Shown here: piece after piece, positions 41,266-59,266 of the stretch
Position numbering within the stretch: position 1 is the first letter of the stretch
Layout of the letters: every line of letters begins with the position of its first letter
NCBI GenBank assembly: GCA_964016885.1
Contig: OZ024747.1
Coordinates: 67,890,001-67,954,000 of the forward strand
Reading direction: 5' to 3'
Length of the DNA: 64,000 nt
Source: Eledone cirrhosa
Lineage: Eukaryota
Made by a program: the position numbers and the translations under genes
Notes under the pieces: generated by a model
The model's database searches: none
What the model saw: only the letters and a program-made list of their open reading frames with translations
Told to the model about the DNA's origin: nothing

Positions 41266-41819
41266 TCTGTCATGAATATTGGTAGTGTTTGCGCTATTTA
41301 TTCTAGTAATGAATTGATGTTATTGCTGGTAAAATAGTCGACATTGTTATGTGATGTAATCCCACAACTGACAACATATCCTGCCGTGTAAAACCTTTGC
41401 TGCTATCATAATCAAGACAGTTGTTTGTGACAATTATTTTATTTATACTACAATGAGAAATATTTACATACATTGACAGATAGCGAGATGTGCTAAAACT
41501 GATATGGGGTATGTTGTATTACTACACAAGAGATAATGCGTGTAAAGAAGTTCCAATTATATCACGACAAGCACAATTCCACATACATATTATAGATTAT
41601 CTTTCTAGCCATTATTCCAAATAGTCGGCATAATGCATGGAGGTTTTCCTTGTTTTTAATGTCTCTGATTTGGTTTATTTGTTTGGGGAATGGCTTTTGC
41701 AATCATTTCAGTTTATAAGCCAGGCTGCTATGCAACAAAAATTATGAGCCATAGACAAACTTTTTCAATGTCATCAACATTACTGAGTCTCAGTTCTGGC
41801 TACAAGTGTTCCAGTTTTT

Positions 41820-42382
41820 TCGAAAAACAGAACAACCCGTTCGTGAATTTAATGTGCAAGTGGCTGAGAATTCAACAGTCACGTGCACCCTTAGCCTAGT
41901 TTTCAGAGATACATAGAGTAAGTTACAAAACTGTCCCTTTGAATTAGCAACTTTGTTCTAGCTAAGTTGACTGGCACAACTTAGCTAGAAAATAAAGTGT
42001 CTTGCTCAAGAGACAATGCACCGCCTGGTCCAGGAATTAAAATAATTGTTTCTACTTTTGACACAAGGCCAGCAATTACCCCAGTGTATTACTGGTGTTT
42101 TATTTTATCGACCCCATAAGGATGAAAGGCAAAGTTAAGCTCGACGGGATTTGAACTCAGACCGTAAAGGGACGTAACTATGCTAGAAAGCATGGCGCCC
42201 AACCTACCGATACTGCCAATTCGCCGCCCTTTTAATAATTGTTTCGACTTTTGGCACAAGGCCAGCAATTATCCCAATGCATTACTGGTACTTTATTTTA
42301 TCGACCCCGAAAGGCAAAGTTAACCTCGGCGGGATTTGAACTCAGACCGCAAAGGCCCGTAACTCTATGCTCCAAAGCATGT
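41820..42382 (-). mobile_element. Cluster of tRNA-derived SINEs (one CORE-like relic plus two copies of the abundant family at ~42040-42235 and ~42236-42382)
   Basis: AAGTGTCTTGCTCAAG, and two copies of TTTTATCGACCCC..GAAAGGCAAAGTTAA..GGGATTTGAACTCAG. Confidence 0.7.
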
Positions 42383-42550
42383 TATCTCTTTAAACCAGCC
42401 AAAGACTTGCACCCTCTGGCACATATATGGCAACTGTAGGCTCCTCCGGGACTTTCCATTGCTTTGTTCTGGCTGTGTGTTCTCATGTGTCTTTTAAGCC
42501 CTCCTATGCTAGCACATTCCTTGCCACATTCCTTACACCTTTTCAGATCA
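42383..42550 (-). mobile_element. RTE C-terminal zinc-finger fragment
   Basis: CKECGKECASIGGLKRHMRTH...CHICARGCKSLAGLKR parallels the fingers of the RTE at 22495. Confidence 0.7.
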
Positions 42551-42762
42551 TAAATACATACATACATACATACATACATACATACATACATACATACATA
42601 CATACATACATACATACATACATACATACATGTATACATACATACATACATACATACATACATACATACATACATACATACATGTATACATACATACATA
42701 CATACATACATACATACATACATACATACATACATACATACATACATACATACATACATACA

Positions 42763-43205
42763 TGAGGATTGCAGCGTCATCACAGACGATTGCCATCTCT
42801 TATTGATTCTTCATTGTCACCTCATCCGCGTCCATGATTTCGTAGATGACTTTGTAAACCAGCTGCAGATCTGCATGGTTTACGACACGTGACAAAAGAG
42901 AGTTGTGCTTTCCACAGGATCGGTGAGGTCATTTTGTAGGATACAATCTTTATGCACCACCATGTTTGTTTGTTTGTTTTTTAGCACGAAACTAGTTCTA
43001 CACACTTTGTTCATATCAAGCTGGTTGTTTCACCAAGTCTTTTTTGAGCGGTGTTGCAGTTGGTTGTTTTGTCGTGTGACATCAGGTGATTAACGAGACC
43101 AGTTTTTGAGAGGGCTACACGTTGACAGAACTTGCATGTCCAACTGCTGATGTCTTCATCAAGACTATGAGCACAGCCCTTCCGGAGCTGGCGCTTCAGT
43201 TGTTT
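42763..43205 (-). mobile_element. 3' fragment of another RTE family with (CATA)n tail
   Basis: CKFCQRVALSKTGLVNHLMSH and TCRKPCRSAAGLQSHLRNHGRG* read on the minus strand. Confidence 0.72.
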
Positions 43206-43296
43206 ATGTTCTGCTTGTATCGATTATGTTCTGCTTGTATCGATCTAAAAAATAATAAATCCATACTCACAAACACATATCGGCAAAAGGCCTTGG

Positions 43297-43426
43297 TACC
43301 TAGACAAGTTTAAATTTCAAAATTCAAACTTTTCCGCAGATCAGTCTGAACTTCAAAATGTAAACATGTTTCACAAAGGATGGTATAATAGTGAAATAAT
43401 TAATTTTCTGTGTTTATCAATAGGTA
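43297..43426 (-). ncRNA. Hammerhead ribozyme motif, U3-A8 core, long helix III
   Basis: TACCTA-TTGATAA-ACACAG...CTTTGT-GAAA-[~26-bp stem]-TC^TAGGTA. Confidence 0.78.
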
Positions 43427-43450
43427 TCCAGAAAAATTAATTTTTCTGGA

Positions 43451-43603
43451 TACCTATTGATAAACACAGAAAATTAATTATTTCACTATTAATTAATTAA
43501 TTATTTCACTATTATACCATCCTTTGTGAAACATGTTTACATTTTGAAGTTCAGACTGATCTGCGGAAAAGTTTGAATTTTGAAATTTAAACTTGTCTAG
43601 GTA
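43451..43603 (+). ncRNA. Hammerhead ribozyme motif, U3-A8 core (mirror copy; the 23-nt duplication lies in loop II)
   Basis: Same motif as 43297-43426. Confidence 0.78.
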
Positions 43604-43729
43604 CCAAGGCCTTTTGCCGATATGTGTTTGTGAGTATGGATTTATTATTTTTTAGATCGATACAAGCAGATTATATGTATTTGAATTAAGATATTTCATT
43701 CTAGCTATTTTATTGTCAATTACAATAAA

Positions 43730-44855
<1,126 letters not shown>

Positions 44856-45145
44856 GGTGGCTGCCAACTCGTTTTCGAGTACGGCCACTACTTTATATCT
44901 ATGTAGGAGAACCCCTACCGATGCGCTGAACGAGTGTGACTTTTTAGTCCAGCCAGCGACTTGAAAACTCTGGTACAAACACTACACCTGTGACAATTAT
45001 TGACACATAGTGCTGGGCCCATGGCACCATGTGACAACAAGTGCAGAGAGATCTCCAGATATAAAGCAATGCCTGTGCCGTGAAGCTTTTATAGTGAGCA
45101 AAGGCACTGCACAAAGCCAGTCCCACTCTCTTAACCAAGATGATA
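44856..45145 (-). mobile_element. Family S1 element, 5'-truncated
   Basis: Matches 21521-21810. Confidence 0.85.
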
Positions 45146-45262
45146 TATATACATACATATATATATATACATACATATATATATATATACATACATATAT
45201 ATATATACATACATACATATATACATACATATATATATATACATACATATATACATACATAT

Positions 45263-45339
<77 letters not shown>

Positions 45340-45368
45340 CATATATATATACATACATATATATATAT

Positions 45369-45518
<150 letters not shown>

Positions 45519-46359
45519 TATATATATATATACAGTATATATCTGTGTATGTGTGTCTATGCGTATGTCTAAAATAGTTAACAGCACGTGCCGTATTTTA
45601 ATGTCCTGTAAATTAACAATTTCAAAAACAGATATCGATAAATTAAGTGACAGATTTTTTAAAAACTATACAATACAAATAAGTTTTGTGGTCGATAAGA
45701 TCGACAAAATCCTAGTGATCCAGCATGGCCGCAGTCCAGTGGACTATTAACTAAGACTAGTTAATGGGTAAACAAGTAATTATGAATTATCTGTTTAAGA
45801 AAGGGAACGAAAGGAGCTTATCCCCTGATCAAACCAAGGTAACTATGTTTCCATTGCTTTCTCCATTGCTGATATTTTCTGCTTGTCGCAATTCCTGGCA
45901 GATGGAGGTAGAATTTGAACTTACAACGCACAAAGTGTTATTAGATACTACAAAACATTCCATTTGGTTCTTTAACCAAATGGAATGCTTTGTGATGAAC
46001 ATTTACAGTAAACTACAGTAAAGACTTCAATTTTTTTAATTTGATTCAGTCATAGTGCTGTTTTGTACTTATCAAGAATTTCTTGCTAATGTGAATTTAT
46101 GCAGTATAGGGCATTAAGAGTTAACTCTTTAGCATTTATATTACTCTATATTTTCGCGGTAAAGGCTTTATCTCACATAATTACCTCACATAATATGGAA
46201 TCTATGAGATTTTGATACTATTTATTTTGAGAACAATACCTTAATGTTAGTATGAGTGGCTAGTTATGGCTAGTTTGAACAGAAAGAAGTGAGAAAATTC
46301 TGGCTGGATATGGCCGGTTTAAATGCTAAAGGGTTAAGAATATCATCTATCCATCACAT

Positions 46360-46840
46360 TTGGAGTGCTAATTTATTTATCAACCCCGAGAGTGTGAAAG
46401 GGAAAGTTGACTTCGGCGAGATTTGAACTCAGAGTGTACAATCATGGAACCAATACCAAGAAGTTTAACCCGATGCTCTAATCTAATCTAATCTGGCCGA
46501 GTTTACACTCGCAAATAAGAAGAACCAGGGCCTCCCCTAGGAGCATTGGATTTGGTGTACTTCATATTTGTTTCGGTTGCTGAATACAGTCAGGGGTCGC
46601 TGCTTCTCCTGAAGGTCAATGCTTTGTCTTTTACTATTACTGTTTATGCGGTGAATTAGCAGTATCGATAGAGGGTCGGACGCCATGCTTTGACGCATAG
46701 AGTTACGGCCCTTGCCATTCTGAGTTCAAATCCCGTCGAGGTTAACTTTGCCTTTCATCCTTACGGGGTTGATAAAATAAAGTACCAGTAATGCACTAGA
46801 TAATTGCTGGCCTTCTGCCGAAAGAAGAAACAATTATTAC
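46360..46840. mobile_element. Two tRNA-derived SINE copies (~46360-46480 minus, ~46645-46840 plus)
   Basis: GAGTTCAAATCCC B-box and GCCTTTCATCCTTACGGGGTTGATAAAATAAAGTACCAGT core. Confidence 0.72.
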
Positions 46841-47155
46841 TGTTTAGAGCAGTGGAAATTACCACAACGATACCCTTTTGTCTTCTGCTTTTATTTTTTA
46901 TTTCATTGTTTTTATTTTTATTTTTATTGTTATTCCTACAACATAAGCGAATGAAAAATTTCCATTTCTATTTATGTAATGAAAAATAAAATGATAGAAC
47001 AGATGTACGTTATGTTGCAATGCTATACAAATGTTTTAATTAATAATGATTTCATATCTAATTAAGATATTATTTTTATTATGACGTCACTGGTTTTCTC
47101 ATTGCTAAATGTTTTCATAGCATATTCTGGCATTACTCCCTGTGCTTCCGGTATG

Positions 47156-47239
<84 letters not shown>

Positions 47240-47240
47240 C

Positions 47241-47412
47241 TTCGTTTTTGTATTTATTTTGTAAGATTTTTTAACTGAAAACGTGTGTTGAAACATATTG
47301 TTATACTTTGGGAGGGTCTTGCTGCCATTAAAAAAAAACGCACGCACCTGTTGGTTTTTACTTCAATTTATTATAAACTTACAGTCGGTTAGCTTAATAA
47401 CCGGGTGGTATA
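47241..47412 (-). repeat. pLTR-like fragment (family E)
   Basis: Aligns with 57943-58040 and with the reverse complement of 58320-58436. Ends at (TA)n. Confidence 0.65.
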
Positions 47413-47525
47413 TTTCAGGTAAAATATCCCTTGGAGGAGGAAAATGTTAAAGAAGTATCAGGGAGTGGAATTAAACGAACATTACGTTACGTTTGTATGA
47501 GATGTGAGTATGTTTCTTTTACTTA

Positions 47526-47892
47526 CAGTATTTCCCTGCGTCGAAGACGCTACCTAAAATAAGTCTAAAAAAAATCTACCATGCGTCCTGGAAGCCGAAG
47601 GTTGTTTGGCGGTGGATTGGCAGTATCGGTAGAGGGTCGGACGCCATGCTTTGACGCATAGAGTTACGGCCCTTGCCATTATGAGTTCAAATCTCACCGA
47701 GGTTAACTTTGCATTTCATCCTTACGGGGTCGATAAAATAAAGTACCAGTAATGCATTGGGTAATTGCTGGCCTTGTGCCAAAAAGTAGAAACAATTTTA
47801 TTTAATTATAATTTTTTTTTTTTCAAATTTTTGGTTGTCAAAATTAGGGTGCGTCCTCGAGGCCGAAGCGTCTTCGGCGCCGGGAAATACGG
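47526..47892. mobile_element. Tc1/mariner-superfamily (Tc2/pogo-like) MITE with a nested SINE (~47606-47797)
   Basis: TA-CAGTATTTCCCTGCGTCGAAGACGC ... GCGTCTTCGGCGCCGGGAAATACGG-TA form imperfect 25-bp TIRs. Confidence 0.75.
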
Positions 47893-47994
47893 TAATTTCG
47901 AATTTGTTATCACCGGTTATATTCTTGAAGGCAAGGGTGTAAAGAAAAAAGAACATTTCGTCATCCCTTGTACAATCATTCATCCTTTGGAGCT

Positions 47995-48486
47995 AACGAA
48001 TATTTTACAGACTTTGAAGGTTCTGGATAGCGTGACCATTTGAAGTTTATGAATTAAGGAGTTACCTTCTATTTTCAAGAATCTAAGTTCAGTCATACTT
48101 TAGTCCAGTCTGGATGATATATATCCTGTAGCTCCAATAATAATAATAGCTATGAAACTAAACGTATATTTTGAGTACTGGATCTTCACACTTCTTGTAT
48201 CTTCCATACTAAATCAATATTGAGTGGATTGCTCTGTCTTTTACAACAGAGCACGGTTTAAATCTGTGCTCCCAAATCGGGCCGATTGCGTTTTAATTTG
48301 ATGGCAATTTATATGTTTAGGTTCCACCAGTATTCCCTTGAGCCATCAGTCCCAATATGTTCTAACTTTCGTTCTCTGTACTACATTATATATTGTTTTG
48401 GGTACCACATCATGTCTCATGGGAAGGTTGTAATGGGAAGACATTCTTTCGTAGTTCTCAACAATGTGACTAACATCTACGGTTTT
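47995..48486 (-). mobile_element. Degraded Dong/R4 3' fragment abutting (TATG)n
   Basis: DVSHIV...RMSSHYNLPMRHD, REYWWNL and YTFSFIAIIIGATGYI. Confidence 0.8.
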
Positions 48487-49554
48487 GTGTATGTATGTAT
48501 GTATGTATGTATGTATGTATGTATGTATGTATGTATGTATGTGTGTATGTATGTTTGTGTGCATGTATGTTTGTGTGCATGTATGTTTGTGTGTATGTAT
48601 GTGTGTGTGTATGTATGTATGTTTGTGTGTATCTATGTGTGTGTGTATGTATGCAAGTGTAAATGTGTGTGTGTGTGGTGTGTGTGTGTGTGTGTGTGTG
48701 TGTCCATGTATTCATATGTACCTACCGTGTAATCACATGTTATCACTTTATGTCATGTGAAATACGTAACTAAGCCAATCGATCGATACATATATAAGTG
48801 TACCTGACTGAAACAGTCACAAAAGATGAAAACAATAAATAAAAATGCCCTCAAAACTTGGATATTTAGGGCCATAGGTTAGCCCAACAATGTATGTTCC
48901 TTTCTCCCAATAAAATAATTTCCACTTAGAGTTTGGCAAACATACAAATCTAATTTTTTAAACTTACTGCTGCGATCATACTAAGAATATTACTATGTTT
49001 GCATTTTGCATTACGTAGAGCTCTCCTGTTCACGCCATATATTATTAAATGCACTGGGTAATTGCTGGCCTTGTGCCTAAAGTAGAAACAATTATTAAAA
49101 GTCATAACATCATACGACCGTTCCCCAACGATTTGTATATTTACATAATACTGTTAAACAGCAAGGATGTTTAGCGATTTATTTATTGGTCATATCAAAT
49201 TATTATATATTTATATTTAATTTAATTATACAAATTTGTATAAAACTGTGATCCTTTAAGGTTTAGTAATGCGACACATGAGGTGTGAGGCCAAAGCGAC
49301 TGCTCACTTGACCTAATGATAGCGCCCTCCCTGGGTGAGGTCCAGATCAGGAGAAGAGATAGATACTATTAAAAACGTTAAACAAATGAAAAATACACAA
49401 GTAAATATATAAATAAATATGACACTTTAGGACTGAAATGTCTGATAGATCTCACAATGTAATTTCCAAGTAACGTGTAGAATATCGAAACGTTAAGGTT
49501 CTATAATATGTTTCAATGAGCTCTGACCCCTAGAGCCTATGCAACTATCTAATT

Positions 49555-49775
49555 GGCCGGTATTATAGTAGTATCGGTAGAGGGTCGGGCGCTATGCTTT
49601 GCAGCAAAGAATTACTGCCCTTATGGTCTGAGTTCAAATCCTGCCGTGGTTAACTTTGCCTTTCATCCTTACGGGCTTGATAAAATAAAATACCAGTCAC
49701 GCACTGGTGTCAATTTAATCGACTTTACCCTCCTCCAAAATTGTTGGCCTTGTGCCTCTATAAGAAACCATTATA
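49555..49775 (+). mobile_element. tRNA-derived SINE
   Basis: Same head and core as the 46645 copy. Confidence 0.75.
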
Positions 49776-50062
49776 GAGTCTACACTGTCCCCGGCACGAC
49801 CGATGTCCAATGTCTGAAACCAATTTACGAATGACATGAAAAAAAAACCAATTTTATTTATAAAATTGTCGACGGATTAAGCAAACTAGAACACAAGACA
49901 GGCATTTTGATGTCATGGTTAGATCAGAAAGGAATGTGTCCTTGTTAATGGTGCCGTGTTGTAGAATGTGAAAGAAAAAGAAAGTAGTTTGCTAAAGTCT
50001 ACCAGCATAAGAGTGACTTCTGAAACGATAAAATGTGATACAGTAGGCAAAAATTCCTCACT

Positions 50063-50145
<83 letters not shown>

Positions 50146-50492
50146 TCTCTACTTCTCTCTCAAACACAAACACTCACACACACACATTCATGCGCACGTA
50201 CACATACACATGCGTGTCTATTTATGTGTATGTATATATATATATATATATATGCATATATGTATGTTATCCCGGATATATATATGTATACAAGCATATC
50301 TAATACATATTCTCATATACGTATATACACATATACACATGTATGTATATGTGTGTGTGTGTGTAAGCGTGGGTGTGTATGTGTGTGAGTGTATATGTTA
50401 TCCATACTAACATATGTCTGAAATTATAATCCAAGAATAAATATTTAATATTACTGATTTCTTCTTCTTCTTCCACTCTTACGTGAATGTGC

Positions 50493-52271
<1,779 letters not shown>

Positions 52272-52471
52272 TAGTTTTAATATAGATGAGATTCTACAGG
52301 ACTAGAACTGTTTCATTCTTTAGAAATCATCAATAATCTCTGATGATTTCTAAAGAATGAAACAGTTCTAGTCCTGTAGAATCTCATCTATATTAAAACT
52401 TTTATACTCTGCAATGTATTGAGTACCTTATTTACTGTGGTTACCTCCGATTCAACCCGGAATAACATACC
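52272..52471. repeat. Asymmetric palindrome of family D pLTR arms with the axis at the hammerhead core
   Basis: 52272-52332 mirrors 52341-52400. CTGATGA at 52340, then GAAACAG...CTGTA. The 5' strand of helix I is lost. Confidence 0.88.
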
Positions 52472-52732
52472 TATATATGTGTGTGTGTGTGTGTATGTAC
52501 ACACACACACACACATATATAATATATATATATGTACATATATATATATATATATATATAATATATATATATATAATATATATATATAATATATATAATA
52601 TATATATATATATAATATATGTATATATATAACATATATATATAATATATATATATATAATATATATATATATAATATATATATATAATATATATAATAT
52701 ATATATATATATAATATATGTATATATATAAT

Positions 52733-52764
<32 letters not shown>

Positions 52765-52776
52765 ATATATATATAT

Positions 52777-52807
<31 letters not shown>

Positions 52808-52964
52808 TATATATATATTATATACATATATTATATATATATATATTATATATATATATTATATAATATATGTAATATATATAATATATATATATATAAT
52901 ATATATATATATGCATATATATATATGCATATATATATATATAATATATATAATATATATATGC

Positions 52965-52999
<35 letters not shown>

Positions 53000-53035
53000 A
53001 TATATATATATATGCATATATATATATATATATAT

Positions 53036-53095
<60 letters not shown>

Positions 53096-53157
53096 TACAC
53101 ACTCACGCTGACAGACACACACACACACATATATATATATAAGCATATATTTGTATG

Positions 53158-53229
<72 letters not shown>

Positions 53230-53245
53230 CATACATATATATGCT

Positions 53246-53294
<49 letters not shown>

Positions 53295-53574
53295 TGTGTG
53301 TCTGTCAATGTGTGTGTGTGTATGTGTGTCTGATAAACTAACTAATCCCACATAAAACTCACAAGGCATTCATCTGTTGATGTTAATGCCCAGACTGAAA
53401 CACACAGCTCCATAGCGGTCTCTCGCCTTTAAATATATACCAGACGCCGCTTTCCGTAAATGTTGTTTACTGGTTAAGTTGTTCGACTAAATATCATAAG
53501 TCTGCGAGTCCGATTCCCACCAATGCTTCATGTCGTTTTGCAACAACTTGTATTTTACGTCGCTTCGGTCAATT

Positions 53575-53775
53575 CAGTTGGCGTGGATTGGCCGTATCAG
53601 TTGAGCGTCGGGATTTGAACTCAGCTCGTTCTGAGTTCAAATCTCGCTGATGTTAGCTTTGCCTTTCATCCTTATGGGGTCGATAAAATAAAGCACCACT
53701 TACGTACTGGGGGTCAATTTACTTCCCATCCCTTCAAATTAATGGCCTTGAGCCAAATGTAGAAGCAATTATACC
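53575..53775 (+). mobile_element. tRNA-derived SINE with an inverted head fragment
   Basis: GATTTGAACTCAG..CTGAGTTCAAATC followed by the family core. Confidence 0.65.
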
Positions 53776-54648
53776 TATAATTTTGAGGGGGCTCGCCTTG
53801 TCGAACAGTGTGTTAGTCTTAAAGTCTCTGAGAACGTTGTTTACTTTACACGAGCCTGTGGAATTATCACTCATTTACACGTTGATTCCACGAGCAGGCT
53901 CGACCACTGGTCCCAAAACTGGAACACTCTTCGTTGCAATTGACAGAGGTCTAATGCAAATCTTGATTCATTCAGATTATCTTCCCTTCTCATTCTGTGC
54001 TGTTATGTGTTTTCGTTACCTTTCCTTAGCTTAGTTTGAATCAGTACAGAATTTACCATCTGCGGCATCTAGTGCACACACCCGCAACCCAATTGACCAA
54101 ATTTACTAAATTGCCCCAAGTATGTATGTATATATGTATGTATATATGTATGTATGTATGCATGTAGGTATGTAGGTATGTATGTATGTAGGTCTATATG
54201 TATGTAGGTATGTAGGTATGTATGTATGTAGGTATGTATGTATGTATGTATGTATGTAGGTAGGTAGGTAGGTAGGTAGGTCTGTATGTATGTATGTTTG
54301 TATGTATGTGTGCAAGTATGTATATAAATAATATATGTATATTTATATATACGACACACACATATATATATATGTGTGTGTGTGTGTGTACGTGTATGCG
54401 TATATGTATGTGTGTATGTATGTATGTATGTATGTATGTATGCATGTATGTATGTATGCATGCATGTGTGTGTGTATGTTTGAGGGTGTGTGTGTGTATT
54501 CTAAAAGTTTTATTGAAGTTTGAGGACTGGGCGTTTCACGCGCAGAGAGTATCTGACAGAACATATTTGCTTATTGATGTTGTATATAAATACACATGCA
54601 CACATGCACACACACGCTCACATACACATGCACATACACACACACACA

Positions 54649-54692
<44 letters not shown>

Positions 54693-54693
54693 T

Positions 54694-54750
<57 letters not shown>

Positions 54751-55057
54751 TATTGAAGTTTCAGTTGAAAATTGAAAAAGTCATAGGAGTGAAGAGTGCT
54801 CTATGTAAGCTACAGAGCTAAATTACAGAGCTAAATGTTTTAAATTGCCTTGTCTGACGAACGAATGCGGATTTTTCTTGTATTCGTCTTATTCGGGAAA
54901 CTTCTGGTAATGAGGTAATTATATTGTATTGTTTATTATACATTGTATATATATATTTTTTTCACCACCCTCCCCCTCTTCATATAACTACATACAAAGT
55001 ACTGACATACACACATACGTACATACATACACACTTACATACGTGCGTACATACATA

Positions 55058-56248
55058 CATGATGGTTGCCCCCTCGTTATCGAGTATGGCCATTGCACGA
55101 TATACCATTATTAATAATTATTAATTAATTCTATCGTGCAATGCTTGTGCGTGAAGATATTTTTTAAAGTGAGGAAAGACTGTGCACTGAGCCAATCCCA
55201 CTCTCTGAGCGACAGTAGCTATAACCCGAAAAGAAGAAAAGATCAACATCATCGGTAACTACTGAGCCGCAGGTTTTATATCGGAGTTACCCCAGTTTCC
55301 TGAGTTGCCTTCTCCTAGAAGAATGCCCTGACAAAGGCTAGGGTCCTTCACTCCCAGTGGTTTAACCGCGCGATCGGGTATCCAGCTCGACTATTTCTAT
55401 ACATACATACATACATACATGGTGGCTGCCAACTCGTTTTCGAGTACGGCCACTACTTTATATCCATGTAGAACCCCTACCAATGCGCTGAACGAGTGTG
55501 ACTTTTTAGTCCAGCCAGCGAATTGAAAACCCTGGTACAAACACTACACCTGTGACAATTACTGACACATAGTGCTGGGCCCATGGTACCATGTGACAAC
55601 AAGTGCAGAGAGATCTCCAGATATAAAGCAATGCCTGTGCCGTGAAGCTTTTATAGTGAGCAAAGGCACTGCACAAAGCCAGTCCCACTCTCTTAACCAA
55701 GATGATATTTACCAAAAAGAAGAACAAGTCAACATCATTGGATAGCATCAGGGTTGCAGGTGTTATATCAGAATTTTCCTTCTCCTAGAATTCTGCCTTG
55801 ACAAAGGCTAAGGGGTCATCTCTGCCGGATACATACATACATACATGGTGGCTGCCAACTCGTTTTCGAGTACGGCCACTACTTTATATCCATGTAGGAG
55901 AACCCCTACCGATGCGCTGAACGAGTGTGACTTTTTAGTCCAGCCAGCGACTTGAAAACCTTGGTACAAACACTACACCTGTGACAATTATTGACACATA
56001 GTGCTGGGCTCATGGTACCATGTGACGACAAGTGCAGAGAGATCTCCAGATATAAAGCAATGCCTGTGCTGTGAAGCTTTTATAGTGAGCAAAGGCACTG
56101 CAAAAAGCCAGTCCCACTCTCTTAACCAAGATGATATTTACCAAAAAGAAGAACAAGTCAACATCATTGGATACCATCAGAGTTGCAGGTGTTATATCAG
56201 AGTTTTCCTTCTCCTAGAATTCTACCTTGACAAAGGCTAAGGGGATCA
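55058..56248 (-). mobile_element. Tandem cluster of RTE-derived elements: S2 (55058-55400), S1 (55418-55823), S1 (55844-56248)
   Basis: Head-to-tail copies separated by (CATA)n. Confidence 0.85.
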
Positions 56249-56441
56249 TATGTACATACATACATACATACATACATCCAATCATACAAAATACTTACAT
56301 ATATACATATATATATATATGTGTGTGTGTGTGTTTATATATGTGTGTGTGTGTGTGTATGAGTGTGAGCCTAAAAGAATGTGCGCGTGTATACGAGCGA
56401 GAGAACGGGGGTGTTTGTGTGTACGTGTTTATGTGTGTATG

Positions 56442-56473
<32 letters not shown>

Positions 56474-56760
56474 CATGCATGTATGTATGTATTTGTGTAT
56501 GTATGTACGCATGTACGCACGTATGCATGCATGTACGTACGTACCTATGTATGTATGTATGTGCATATGTATGTATCTATATATATTATGTATTAGTATA
56601 TGTGTGTATGTGTGTATATCTATGAATGTGTATGTTTGTATGTATGAATATATGTATGTCTGTATGTCTGTATATCTGAATGGGTGTATATATGTATATA
56701 CATATATATATACATATATATGTATATATATGTGTGTATATATATGTATATATATATGTG

Positions 56761-57010
<250 letters not shown>

Positions 57011-57377
57011 ACACACACCTTGGTATTATGCCAATACTATATATCATTTCACACGTTTTATTATTAAGGTTTTTGATGTTCTATTGAGAGAATCGATTTT
57101 ACTGAAAATATCGAATAATGTACACCATTTTACCAGAAATAAATACTGGTCCACCCCCACACACACGCACACACATTCTCACACACACACACACACACAC
57201 ACATATATACACACACATACACACGCGTACATTAACATACAAAGAGACATTTACACACACACACACTTCTCCGTATAAGACAAGAGCTGAAAAATATCTT
57301 TTAACATGTTAAAATATCCCCCACGCACTTACAGACACATTCCTCCTGACCATCCCTCTACCACGAATTACTCTGCT

Positions 57378-57408
<31 letters not shown>

Positions 57409-57939
57409 TCTTAATAGGCATTTGAACTGTCAACAGGCTGCGGCTCGCACACACATCTCTGCTGACCATTATCACAACAACGAACCTCTTTACTACTACT
57501 ACACACACACACATATTTGTTGTGAAAGACTTATTTCTCAGTGACTTCTCAATCAGCCGACACAAACCTACATTTGGCGCAAAATCAATTTTTTACATTC
57601 ACATGACCTCTACCGACCAATCAAAATTGTTTTGACCACAAGAATTTTTGCAACACGAATTGGCGCAAAACTTATTTTAATACATCTGGAGCCACTTTTT
57701 TTAACATAAAAACAGGTAGAATTCCCAAAACTAATCAGATCAGAGCAAACATCACGGACGTTCTATCTCAAAATTATTTTTGAAAAGCATTAGAAATGCG
57801 CAACCGGTAAAACTTAAAACCAAAACTGAATACTAACCAATACTATTACTAATTCTCACTTATTCCTAATTAAACTATTTTTCACTGTGAACAATTTGTC
57901 AGCATTTTCTTTTCCGTTTACCAATATATATATATATAT

Positions 57940-58437
57940 GTATTTCGTTTCTGAATTTGTTTAGCAAGATTCTTTATCTGAAAACGTGTGTTGAAACCGA
58001 TATTGTTATACTTTGGGAGAGTCATGTTGCCAATAAGAACATCAACATCACAACTTACAATTAAGGACAAAATGAAAACACATACGCACATAGAGCAGGC
58101 AACTAACCAGTAACATGTAAATAAACAAATAAATAAACAAATATAAACACACAGACACCCGGATGTGGCGCATGCGCAAACTAAGCACACATCACACTCA
58201 AAAACAAGATGGCGTATGACAGAACAAAGGAGAGGCACAAAAACAAAGAAAAGAATCCCCAGTCACTGAAGACGTCACAGAATGTGTGACGAAAGAACTT
58301 TGACAATATATTATAAACAACCATCTGGTTGTGGAACCAACCAACCGGAAATTTATAGATATTATAATAAATTGAAGTGAAAGCAGCTGGTGCGTGTGTT
58401 TCTTATTGGCAACATGACCCTCCCAAAATATAACAAC

Positions 58438-58440
<3 letters not shown>
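57940..58440 (+). mobile_element. pLTR-like element family E with an inverted arm
   Basis: 58002-58039 mirrors 58400-58437. (TA)n on both sides and a hammerhead motif inside. Confidence 0.72.
58262..58304 (+). ncRNA. Minimal hammerhead motif with an extra C after A9
   Basis: GTCA-CTGAAGA-C-GTCACA(GAATG)TGTGAC-GAAA-GAAC-TT^TGAC. Confidence 0.72.
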
Positions 58441-58536
<96 letters not shown>

Positions 58537-58586
58537 CATATATATATATATATATATATATGTGTATATATATATATATTTATATG

Positions 58587-58717
<131 letters not shown>

Positions 58718-58718
58718 G

Positions 58719-58750
<32 letters not shown>

Positions 58751-58751
58751 C

Positions 58752-59044
<293 letters not shown>

Positions 59045-59266
59045 CATATAAATATATATATATATACACATATATATATATATATATATGTATACATATA
59101 TATATACATATGCATACAGGTACACATACATATATGCACGTATCAGTTTAGCGGCGCTTATTATAACGTCGCTTTGTTCGTTTGTAAACAAACTGAACAG
59201 CCTGAATTTATGCCATACGGTGTTAAGGAAACCACGTCACCTTTTTGTTCAACACTGACACAGGAA

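Noticed and set aside
42383-42550. Host C2H2 zinc-finger gene exon
   Set aside because: The finger sequence and spacing match the C-terminus of the RTE LINE in this window.
46645-46840. tRNA gene
   Set aside because: It has a B-box-like motif but no cloverleaf, and it is one of many dispersed SINE copies.
53847-53902. Hairpin CGAGCCTGTGGAAT...ATTCCACGAGCAGGCTCG as a pre-miRNA or structured RNA
   Set aside because: It is a single imperfect stem with no recognisable family and no second copy, which is insufficient support.
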